Shown here: piece after piece, positions 9,315 to 17,986 of the stretch
Position numbering within the stretch: the stretch's first letter is position 1
Layout: each line of letters opens with the position of its first letter
Notes under the pieces: model-generated
Databases searched by the model: none
The model's input: the letters and a program-made list of their open reading frames with translations, nothing else
Told to the model about the DNA's origin: nothing
Assembly: GCA_036787535.1 (NCBI GenBank)
Contig: DAIQPD010000003.1
Location: 51,505-115,504 of the forward strand
Reading direction: 5' to 3'
Origin: Chryseolinea sp.
GTDB taxonomy: Bacteria > Bacteroidota > Bacteroidia > Cytophagales > Cyclobacteriaceae
Length of the DNA: 64,000 bases
Made by a program: the position numbers and the translations under genes

Positions 9315-10226
9315 TCATTCATTCAAAAGACTATCTAACCAATGAATTGTATTGAGTAAGAACTGCGCGTTTTGTGAAGCGCTCTTTACATTCATCCCAA
9401 CTTTATTTTTGCCTTGAAGCTGAGCTGTAAACATTGCCGCTTCACCAAACACTACAATCCTTCCTGCTCCGTATTTCATGAATGCACCCTGAACTAAATT
9501 TTCGCCAGACACGGTCGTTGTATTCTTGTTAAACTCCCATGCCGTTTGTGGAAGCTTTACTTCATACTTCGCATTCAGAACAATAACAGGCGTTGCATCC
9601 TTAGGCATCTCAAATGCCTGGCCGGTAAAACTTTGAAGTGAAGTGATTTTTTCTTTTTCATTTCTTCCTTCAGTAAGTGTACTTACCATCAATCCATTGC
9701 TCGGTGTAAAAATATCATTGCCACCATTCTTCATGGCGAAACCATTGTAGAATTTAAAGCCAAAAGAAGCAGCCAACTTTTCAGCCGCTCCCGGAAAGGG
9801 CATGTGATCGGCAATGAGAAAAAGTGACCCTCCTTTTTTGACCCACGTGTTCACTGCTTCAACTTCATCATCCGTAAAAGCGGATGGAGTAGGTAAAGCC
9901 CATTGGGTTGTATTGGAAATGTGCAAGGCATTTGAGATGACAAGAATTTTCCCTTTGCCTAATTGCTCTGCCGTAAACAATTCAGAAGAAGCTTCCGTAA
10001 CATATCCATCCTTTTCCAAAACCCGGGCAAAGGCTTTGAATCTTCCGTTTAGCGTATGAAAATTATGATGTGCTTCATCGATTAATACTGTTGATCCTTG
10101 TCCTTTGCTGTATGCAGGATTAGAAATAACCGGACTATACAATGTGTCTGCAACTTGTTGTGCTACTACTGATGATGATCCCAAACAGAAAAGTAAAACC
10201 AGAAGCAACTTATTTACCTTTTGCAT
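9315..10226 (-). CDS. hypothetical secreted protein (GATase1/ThuA-like pattern, function unknown)
   Basis: Start moved to the Met of MQKVNKLLLVLLFCLGSSSVVAQQ (signal peptide). GGSLFLIADHMPFPG motif. Confidence 0.6.
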   Translation of the reverse strand: MQKVNKLLLVLLFCLGSSSVVAQQVADTLYSPVISNPAYSKGQGSTVLIDEAHHNFHTLNGRFKAFARVLEKDGYVTEASSELFTAEQLGKGKILVISNALHISNTTQWALPTPSAFTDDEVEAVNTWVKKGGSLFLIADHMPFPGAAEKLAASFGFKFYNGFAMKNGGNDIFTPSNGLMVSTLTEGRNEKEKITSLQSFTGQAFEMPKDATPVIVLNAKYEVKLPQTAWEFNKNTTTVSGENLVQGAFMKYGAGRIVVFGEAAMFTAQLQGKNKVGMNVKSASQNAQFLLNTIHWLDSLLNE

Positions 10227-10456
10227 AGAAAGTTCTTTAGGGTGTATGTAATACTCCCTCTTTAAGAACAAATTAGAAATTTAATCTGATTAATCTGTTA
10301 ATTAAATTTCAACGGGTTCAGTTCTTTGTCTATCCAGCTTCATTTTCTTCATCAAAAACAAAACAGTCATAAACTATTATCCAATAGAAATTGGAAAAAC
10401 AGTTTTGAATAATTGGACTTCTCCATAAAGTAAGAGCCAGAAATTGAAGATTATAA

Positions 10457-10495
10457 ATAAGAAATGGCGTCCACTTTGAACGCCACTTTCTTATT
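10457..10495 (-). terminator. hairpin terminator downstream of the TonB-dependent receptor
   Basis: AATAAGAAATGGCGT / ACGCCACTTTCTTATT, about 15-bp stem with one bulge. Lies 44 nt past the stop at 10539, with T-rich sequence following on the minus strand. Confidence 0.55.
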
Positions 10496-10538
10496 AAATG
10501 AGTTGGCCCTAAGTGACGAAAGCATCACACCCTTACTT

Positions 10539-13421
10539 TTATTTTTGCAGGTTATATCTCAAGCCAATACTTATGGAAGTTCCTGGGTTAAATCTAGAAT
10601 AGTATTGATCTTTAGCGTTATACCCCACATAAAAATTCTCTTTTACATCGTTAAGGATATTCGAGATACTAAAGTTTATACTTGCTCTTTCTTCTTTTCC
10701 AAGTTGTTTATTGACGTTGAAATTTAGACTGTGAAAAGGCTCTGAATAAACATCTGGGAACAAGCCGCCACCTACAACTGTAAGAGTAGGGCCATTTACA
10801 TTGTAAAAGAAACCACCGTCTAATCCAATATCTGCATTCTCATAGGATAGTCCCAAGTTAATGGAATATGGTGATTGACCTGCCATTTCACGTTTATCGT
10901 CAACTTCCTCTCCCGCTTTCTCGTAGCCTTTTCTTGAGTTATATTCTGTATCTGTCATCTGAATTGAGGACTTCACCAAGGTTACATTTCCACTAATGAA
11001 AAGTTGTTTAAGGTTTGGAGAGACGAAGTCAAGAGATTTTCTCACTTCAACTTCTACTCCTAAAACAGTACCATCACCAACATTTCTGGGCTGAAATTCA
11101 TTTGTTGTTTGAGCTTCCGGTATTCGAACAAGCTCAATTGGATTAGCGAATGTTTTATAAAAAGCACTTAAGGAAAATATTTCTCCTCCCGGTACAAATA
11201 ATTCCCATCGTAAATCAATATTGTGAATGTCTGTTTCGCGCAGATTACCATCCCAATCTGCATACTTAAAAAGACCACCATTAAAAGTACGGTTTGATAC
11301 AGGATCTAATATCTGCGCAAAAGAGAGCTCCTTAAAGGAAGGACGAGCAATTGTTTTTGCATACGATAAACGAAGGTTCTGAGTCTCTGTTAATGCATAA
11401 ATAAAATTAGCGGATGGAAAGAAATCCAACGCATCTAATACGCTTGCATTATCAAGAGCATTTCCACCCTGAGCGTCTGTACCTGTGTAGCGCTGAACGT
11501 AATTCTCAGCACGCAAACCAATAACTGCTTTAAGATTTTTTAAAGGTTGAAATTGTTCTGAAACATAAAATGCAGTGTTATTAATGGTTGAGTTAAAGCT
11601 CTTCGGATTAGGGTTCGCATTACCTGAGGAGTAGTACACACTACCGTCTGGGTATAGGTATTCATCTTTCATTACATTTTCAGGATCGCCATCAAAGTCT
11701 GGTATGGTTCCGAAGAATTGCATGTTATAGGTTAAAATCTCAAAGTCACGATCTTTGTATACTTGGCTTCCACCAAATTTTAAAACCGATTCTCTTCCAA
11801 AAAGTAAATGCTTCTTTGTGAAATCCACTTTACCAACCAAGTTAACTTCATCCAGATTTCTCCAAATCCTTGAAGGATAGCCAGCAGCACCAGGACTAAA
11901 GACCGTGTCTGATGATGTATAGGTAAACGCTGTTTTCCTCACATCGGGTTCTACAATTTTGGAAATGGTAGGCGATAATTTCCAGTCTACAACAAAGGAT
12001 CGATTCTTATTGGAGTGCTCTCCATTCAACAAGAAGTTGGTAACAGAACGCTGACTAAATTCCAAATTGTCAGAGGATCCAGTAAAACCTGATTTGCCTA
12101 CGGCACTACCGTTATCATCAATAAAAAACTTTGCCGCTCTCTTCTCTCCATTCTGCAAATGAAGAACTGCTAGTTTGATTTTCGATCGTTGGGTTTTAAA
12201 GGCAAGTCCTCCCAGTGTACCGATTAGCACATTCCGCTCAGTCAAAGCTCCTTGCTGTGTTGTTGCGTAAACTAGTTCATAATCTTCAACTGCTCCTGGA
12301 TTTGAACGCTGGTATTCTCCATAAAAGGCATCATCATAAAAAATAGTTGAACTTTTATAGGATGTAGAAAAGATGTATCCTAAACTATTTCCATTCGCAA
12401 AGTTTTTCTGATCACCAAGAGAAAAGCCAAGACTATAGTCCATAAAACTTGTCTGATTGGAAACACCAAGATCCTTATTAAAGCCCTTTAAGAATGTATT
12501 TACTTCTTGTGGTGCTACACCAGAACTGGTCGGTGAAGGGAAGGGATCATTTTTTGCTCCTGCCGGCAAATCACGGGTGCCATCATCAATACCCAGCCAA
12601 TCGGTTTTACCACCTTCGTATGAGAAGAAGTTTTTGTTAAAATGCATTGATGGATTGTAACTAACACTTGCAGATATATTGAAAATTCTCTCATCTGGAA
12701 AATCCTTTGTCTCTATATTCACAACGCCTCCTGTAAAATCGGCTGGCATTTCTGCTACTGCCGATTTGGACACTACAATATTATCAATCAGGTTTGTTGG
12801 AAAGATATCAATTTGAATGCTGTTACGGTCTGGATCAAGACCGGGAATATCCACTGAGTTCAATGTTGTTTTTGTATAACGATCACCAAGGCCTCTTACA
12901 AATACATATTTCCCGCCTTCAACCGTTACTCCTGTCACTCGCTTTATAGCTTCTGAAGCTTCCGAGTCTCCAATCTGACGAAATTTTGAAGAAGATATTC
13001 CATCAAGAACCATAGGTGAGATTTTTTTCATCGCCATAATTGATGATTCTGATGTTCTTAACATCTCGCCTGTTACAACTACTTCGCTCAATGTTTGTGT
13101 GTCTTCTTTAAGCGCTATATTATCCAAAAGAGTTACTTCACCTTCTTTTACAATGAGTCCAACAATTTCAAGGGTTTGAAAGGATACATAGGAGACTTGT
13201 ATATCATATGTACCAGGAGCTACAGAAATACTGAATTTACCATCGAAGTCCGTTACCGAACCTAAAGAAGTATTTCTAATCTGTACCGTTACTCCAATAA
13301 GCGACTCGCCTGATGCAGCATCATGAACAGAGCCCCTGATTGTGCCTTTTTGAGCAAATACAATAGACGGCAACCCCAGAATAATTCCAAGAGTAACCAA
13401 TAAACGAAGTTTAACAAGCAT
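10539..13421 (-). CDS. TonB-dependent receptor with N-terminal CarboxypepD_reg domain
   Basis: Signal peptide MLVKLRLLVTLGIILGLPSIVFAQ. GTIRGSVHDAASGESLIGVTV carboxypeptidase-regulatory-like domain, plug, then a long beta-barrel. Start set at the ATG at 13421 because the longer ORF runs through a terminator hairpin. Confidence 0.9.
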   Translation of the reverse strand: MLVKLRLLVTLGIILGLPSIVFAQKGTIRGSVHDAASGESLIGVTVQIRNTSLGSVTDFDGKFSISVAPGTYDIQVSYVSFQTLEIVGLIVKEGEVTLLDNIALKEDTQTLSEVVVTGEMLRTSESSIMAMKKISPMVLDGISSSKFRQIGDSEASEAIKRVTGVTVEGGKYVFVRGLGDRYTKTTLNSVDIPGLDPDRNSIQIDIFPTNLIDNIVVSKSAVAEMPADFTGGVVNIETKDFPDERIFNISASVSYNPSMHFNKNFFSYEGGKTDWLGIDDGTRDLPAGAKNDPFPSPTSSGVAPQEVNTFLKGFNKDLGVSNQTSFMDYSLGFSLGDQKNFANGNSLGYIFSTSYKSSTIFYDDAFYGEYQRSNPGAVEDYELVYATTQQGALTERNVLIGTLGGLAFKTQRSKIKLAVLHLQNGEKRAAKFFIDDNGSAVGKSGFTGSSDNLEFSQRSVTNFLLNGEHSNKNRSFVVDWKLSPTISKIVEPDVRKTAFTYTSSDTVFSPGAAGYPSRIWRNLDEVNLVGKVDFTKKHLLFGRESVLKFGGSQVYKDRDFEILTYNMQFFGTIPDFDGDPENVMKDEYLYPDGSVYYSSGNANPNPKSFNSTINNTAFYVSEQFQPLKNLKAVIGLRAENYVQRYTGTDAQGGNALDNASVLDALDFFPSANFIYALTETQNLRLSYAKTIARPSFKELSFAQILDPVSNRTFNGGLFKYADWDGNLRETDIHNIDLRWELFVPGGEIFSLSAFYKTFANPIELVRIPEAQTTNEFQPRNVGDGTVLGVEVEVRKSLDFVSPNLKQLFISGNVTLVKSSIQMTDTEYNSRKGYEKAGEEVDDKREMAGQSPYSINLGLSYENADIGLDGGFFYNVNGPTLTVVGGGLFPDVYSEPFHSLNFNVNKQLGKEERASINFSISNILNDVKENFYVGYNAKDQYYSRFNPGTSISIGLRYNLQK

Positions 13422-13464
13422 GAGGAATGTGGTTAGAAAAAAACCTTTCTTAACAGTCCGCAAA

Positions 13465-13503
13465 AGTAAAAAAACCTGCCCTCGAGAAAGGCAGGTTTTT
13501 TTT
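13465..13503 (-). terminator. hairpin with A/T runs on both sides, between the lipoprotein gene and the TonB receptor gene
   Basis: AAAAAAACCTGCC-ctcgagaaa-GGCAGGTTTTTTTT. Confidence 0.7.
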
Positions 13504-13531
13504 ACCAAATTGTTATCTTAATGTTACCAGA

Positions 13532-14995
13532 TTAAAGACCTATTTCAGCTAAGGCTCCTGATTGACGAGCCCAAGTCCAGTCAAATTCAGATTCATCAGC
13601 ACCAACTGTGTTAGCATTTACTGCTACCGAAGTAAGTTTTTCAACTGGGATGCCTGCAAATACAACTGCAGGATCTAGTGCTGTTGTATATTGGAAATTA
13701 GCTACTGATCCACCACCAGCTGCCATCGCTGTATATTCTTTTACTGCTGTATTGTTGGTAATGCCAAAGAAATAGATGTTCTCCATGTCAATTTGAGTAG
13801 TTGCATCGAAATCAATTAAATCGGCAATGTTCGCGCCAGCATATACAGTACCATTAATCATTGAATGATTGCCATCAAAATAACTTCCTTCAGGGCCATC
13901 CAACTCAAATGCTGAACCTGTATTAGGTGCCACAATTATAAAGTTGTCAACTGATCCGTTCCAAGCCTGATCAGTATCTAGGCCATCATCGTATGAGTTC
14001 CAAACCAAAACATTAGTAGCTGAAACAGTTCCTCCAAAAAATTCAATACCATCATCCTGATTTGCAACAATTTCAACGTGGTCTATAACTGTTCCTGAAC
14101 CAACACCCCCTAATGTCAATCCGTTGATTTCATTACCCGAACCAATATTAGTTCCGCCATGGCGAATCGACACATACTTAATAATGCCAGAGTTATCGAC
14201 TTTATCATCACCGCCATACAATCCATTTGGATCAGAAGTAGGAATACCTTCAATCTGGACTTGTGTTAACTGTCCACCTGCATTAGAAGCAGAAATTGGA
14301 GCGTCACCCAGAATAATTACACCTCCCCACAGTCCATTAACAGTTGGAAGTAAGTTAGGACTCTCAATTTCGCCTGGTTCAATTTCATCTGCTACAGAAG
14401 TAAAAATTATTGGTTCCTCTTCAGTTCCTTCAGCCATCAACTTACCTCCTCTTGCTACCAATAAAACAGTTGCATTTTCAGCGCTTCCCGCTTCTCCTTT
14501 AACTATTACACCTGGTTCAATAGTCAAGGTCACCCCAGTCAAAACAACAACTCTACGTTGAAGAATGTAGGTCTTGCCTGTCTCCCAAGTTTCATTTGCT
14601 GTAATATTTCTGTCGATCTCTACGACACTACCATCAAAAACATTAAGTACAGCCGTTTCAGAATCTGTTTTGTTGTTATTATCGGTAACGGTTAGTGTTA
14701 CACTCCCGGCACCAAAATCATCTCCAGCTGTAAAAGTTACAACCACCTCACCTGATTTGGCTCCAACAGATGGTTGAGCCTTAATTACAGAGGTTCCACC
14801 AGTTTGTGAAAGTGTTGATGATTTATATCCTCCAGGAGCAGCTATAGTAAAAGTAATATCTACTAATGTTTCGGATTCTACATCGGTAACAGCTGGGGCT
14901 GTAATAGATGGCCCATCAGATACTTCATCATCATCGCAAGCGAAAAACATTGTCGCCATTAAAGCAATGGATAACATCGATAAGAATTTTTTCAT
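13532..14995 (-). CDS. surface lipoprotein of unknown function, partner of the downstream TonB receptor
   Basis: 487 aa. Lipoprotein signal MKKFLSMLSIALMATMFFAC. Thr/Gly-rich Ig-like N-terminal region, then G/D/N-rich repeats suggesting a beta-helix. Confidence 0.7.
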   Translation of the reverse strand: MKKFLSMLSIALMATMFFACDDDEVSDGPSITAPAVTDVESETLVDITFTIAAPGGYKSSTLSQTGGTSVIKAQPSVGAKSGEVVVTFTAGDDFGAGSVTLTVTDNNNKTDSETAVLNVFDGSVVEIDRNITANETWETGKTYILQRRVVVLTGVTLTIEPGVIVKGEAGSAENATVLLVARGGKLMAEGTEEEPIIFTSVADEIEPGEIESPNLLPTVNGLWGGVIILGDAPISASNAGGQLTQVQIEGIPTSDPNGLYGGDDKVDNSGIIKYVSIRHGGTNIGSGNEINGLTLGGVGSGTVIDHVEIVANQDDGIEFFGGTVSATNVLVWNSYDDGLDTDQAWNGSVDNFIIVAPNTGSAFELDGPEGSYFDGNHSMINGTVYAGANIADLIDFDATTQIDMENIYFFGITNNTAVKEYTAMAAGGGSVANFQYTTALDPAVVFAGIPVEKLTSVAVNANTVGADESEFDWTWARQSGALAEIGL

Positions 14996-15339
14996 GTGTT
15001 AAATTTTAGATTAATAGTTAATTTTTGTCACGGGCAAAGGTGGGAATCGAATGTTAAACCAAATCCAAGAAAGCTTTACCAAATTGTTAAAGGTCATTAA
15101 GTATTAATTACCCCAGTGTTAACAACTCTATTCGTTTAGCATTGAAATTTCTCTATTAACCTAATTGATTTAAATGTTAAGGGAATGTTAAGTAAAGAGA
15201 AGAGGTTACAGAGAGGTAGCCTCTTGTTTCCTTTGAATAAACAAAATACTAGAGATGGGTTAACGGATGTTAACTATCCAGTGAAGATTAATCCCCATAT
15301 GAACTCATTTCTTCCCTAAAGAAGTAATTCAAATGAGTA

Positions 15340-16326
15340 TTACTTGCTGATGGGAATTTTATTTAAGATAACTTTAATGATATCAGCCGTCTTTACATTG
15401 TCAGCTTCGGCTTCGTAGTTGAGGATGATGCGGTGGTTCATTACATCCAGTGCTACCTCTTTAATGTCTTCTGGCAATACATAATCACGACCTTGCATGT
15501 AGGCAAGTGCCTTGGCTGATAAATTCAAATTGATACTCGCACGAGGCGATGCCCCAAATTGAATGTATTGTGCCTGCTCATTTAATTTATACTCAAGTGG
15601 TTTACGTGTCGCATACACCAACTCTATTATGTACCGCTCCAGCGATTCTGATATTTTTACTTTGTTCACCTGATCGCGAATGCTGAAAATATCTTCTTTG
15701 CTTAAAACCGTATTCACATTAAAATCAAAACCCATGTTTGAAATCCTCCGCATGATTTCAATCTCCTGATCCTTTGTTGGATAGTCCACAAATACCTTCA
15801 TCATAAATCGATCGACTTGCGCTTCAGGTAATGAATAGGTCCCTTCCTGATCTACCGGATTCTGTGTTGCCAATACTAGAAATGGTCGATCAAGTTTAAA
15901 GGTAGTTTCACCAATGGTTACTTGTTTCTCTTGCATCGATTCCAACAAGGCCGATTGTACTTTGGCAGGCGAACGATTTATTTCATCGGCCAAAATAATG
16001 TTGGCGAATATGGGCCCTTTCTTTACTTCAAACTTTCCTTCTCTCTGATTGTAAATCATTGTTCCGATTAAATCGGATGGCAATAAGTCGGGGGTAAATT
16101 GAATGCGTTGAAAATCAAGATGAAGTACTTGTGCCAGCGTGCTAACCGTAAGAGTTTTGGCAAGACCTGGAACACCTTCCAGCAGCATGTGGCCATTGGT
16201 AAACAAACCAATCAACAACCGGTTTACCATGTACTCCTGGCCGACTACTACTTTGGCCATCTCGGTGTAAACCTGCTTTATTTTTTCCTTGTGTGCTTCG
16301 TGTTTGTCAATAACCACTTCTTCCAT
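15340..16326 (-). CDS. MoxR family AAA+ ATPase
   Basis: 328 aa. Walker A GVPGLAKT and Walker B ILADEINR. Confidence 0.9.
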   Translation of the reverse strand: MEEVVIDKHEAHKEKIKQVYTEMAKVVVGQEYMVNRLLIGLFTNGHMLLEGVPGLAKTLTVSTLAQVLHLDFQRIQFTPDLLPSDLIGTMIYNQREGKFEVKKGPIFANIILADEINRSPAKVQSALLESMQEKQVTIGETTFKLDRPFLVLATQNPVDQEGTYSLPEAQVDRFMMKVFVDYPTKDQEIEIMRRISNMGFDFNVNTVLSKEDIFSIRDQVNKVKISESLERYIIELVYATRKPLEYKLNEQAQYIQFGASPRASINLNLSAKALAYMQGRDYVLPEDIKEVALDVMNHRIILNYEAEADNVKTADIIKVILNKIPISK

Positions 16327-16415
16327 GATTCGATCTATTTATAAAGAGCCAAAAATAATGCAATTCCCGACAAATTAGTCCTTGTTATTCCGTGAGTGGC
16401 AGCTTGATTATTTTT

Positions 16416-17786
16416 TTAGAAAACAACCACCTTCATCCCTTTTGGATTGGTGATATAGGCATTGATAAGATTCTGTACTGTTCGTGTCTCCACACCTGTT
16501 TTTACAAATGCCCGAGCCGATTCAAAATCAGAAAGGGCAGCGTCATTATCAAAAAAACCAAAGCCAACATATACGCCTTTATCCACCAAGACGAGTGATT
16601 GTTCCTCTGCATTTCTTCCCTTACCTATTATGGCAGCTGTCTCTCCTACTTCTTTAAATGTTTTGATTGCCTTAACTATCCGTTTGTTGTATTTCTTTGC
16701 AGGTTCAACACTCATGCATGCGCCATGGCATTCACCAGCCTGATAATCGAAACACAATCCTTTCGAAACCTGAAGTCCGCTAAGCTTTGGGCACAACTCA
16801 AAATCACGAACCTTCTCCCACAAAAAACTCCAGGCTTCGCTCTTCGTACTAAAGCGCACCAATGGTTGAGAACCTCGCGTAACAACATTGACCGAAAACC
16901 GGAAATAACTGTTTCGATCTTCATAATCAAAAATACCCCACTCTTCGGCTTTGAATTTTTGTGCCTGATTATATTTCGGCCACAGTTTTCTTATTTGCTG
17001 TGATTCCAAAATCAAAGCGACAAGCTCGTTGCCTGTAAGGTCATACGTAATGTGATGAATTTCATTTCTGATTTTCGATCGGCTCCATTCGCGTGCATCA
17101 CCTGTAAAATGACCCGCTATTCTCTTCTTAATATTAATAGCCTTGCCAACATAGATTACCTTACCATAGGCATTCAGAAAATAATATACTCCGGCCTTCG
17201 CGGGCAGCCGATCAAATTCCTCTTTTGGTAAATTGGGAGGAAGTATGGTCTCGCCCGAATTTCGTTTGAGTGCTTTAATAATATAGCTGTCATTATCGCG
17301 TCTCAGCAACTGATCAAATATTTTTACTGTCGCTGCTGCATCTCCACTGGCTCGATGGCGATCCGGAATTTTAATTCCAAGACTTTCAGCCAGGCTACCT
17401 AAACTATACGAACGAAGGCCCGGAATAATTTTACGACTTAATCGAACCGTACATAATTTTTTGGACTGAAAGTTTATACCTACATCTTCAAACTCCTTTT
17501 TCAAAAAAGAATAATCAAAGTGGGCATTGTGTGCTACAAAAACTTTTCCGTCAAGGCGCTTAAAAATATCTTCCGCTACCTCTTCAAACGAAGGAGCGTC
17601 TAACACCATCTCGGTGGTAATTCCCGTAAGGCCGGTAATGTAATAGGGAATTTCCCTTCCGGGATTAATCAGCGTTTGGAAGGTATCCGTTAATTGAACA
17701 CCATCGTGATGATAGATGGCTATTTCGGTTATACGATGATTGGCTGCATACCCACCTGTCGTCTCAATATCTACAATCGCATACAT
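16416..17786 (-). CDS. DnaQ-like 3'-5' exonuclease fused to a GIY-YIG nuclease domain
   Basis: ExoI IVDIETTGG, ExoII HNAHFDYSFL, ExoIII HRASGDAAAT, then GVYYFLNAYGKVIYVGKAINIKKR (GIY-YIG). Confidence 0.85.
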   Translation of the reverse strand: MYAIVDIETTGGYAANHRITEIAIYHHDGVQLTDTFQTLINPGREIPYYITGLTGITTEMVLDAPSFEEVAEDIFKRLDGKVFVAHNAHFDYSFLKKEFEDVGINFQSKKLCTVRLSRKIIPGLRSYSLGSLAESLGIKIPDRHRASGDAAATVKIFDQLLRRDNDSYIIKALKRNSGETILPPNLPKEEFDRLPAKAGVYYFLNAYGKVIYVGKAINIKKRIAGHFTGDAREWSRSKIRNEIHHITYDLTGNELVALILESQQIRKLWPKYNQAQKFKAEEWGIFDYEDRNSYFRFSVNVVTRGSQPLVRFSTKSEAWSFLWEKVRDFELCPKLSGLQVSKGLCFDYQAGECHGACMSVEPAKKYNKRIVKAIKTFKEVGETAAIIGKGRNAEEQSLVLVDKGVYVGFGFFDNDAALSDFESARAFVKTGVETRTVQNLINAYITNPKGMKVVVF

Positions 17787-17986
17787 GGATCACCCGTCTT
17801 TTGCCGCAAGTTAAAGTACCTACAAAACAATTGAAGGAACTTAACATTTTTTCTTTTCGTCTCTGATTTCTTGGTTATAGAATTACCAGAATCTGTCAAT
17901 CCATGGCCATGAGTACCTTAAGCCAAAATCTTTTTCTCATTTATCTTAAAGTTTAGTACTTTCAAATAGTCGTTAGCCATTATGTT

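Noticed and set aside
13422-13508. N-terminal 29-codon extension of the TonB receptor ORF (start at 13508)
   Set aside because: The extension is encoded by the terminator-like hairpin (13465-13503). The ATG at 13421 gives a clean signal peptide ending in AQ.
14124-14561. 145-aa plus-strand ORF, and similar long antisense ORFs (10464-10727, 16462-17003, 23635-23955, 40034-40390, 46125-46538, 53087-53476, 54971-55345, 61780-62163)
   Set aside because: Each lies entirely antisense to, or out of frame within, a longer ORF with clear family motifs. They have skewed low-complexity composition and no recognisable motifs, so they are shadow ORFs.
15199-15226. Terminator for the MoxR gene (AGAGG-tag-CCTCT / AAGAGG...CCTCTT hairpin)
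   Set aside because: The stem is only 5-6 bp and there is no clear U-run on the minus strand. This is too weak to call.
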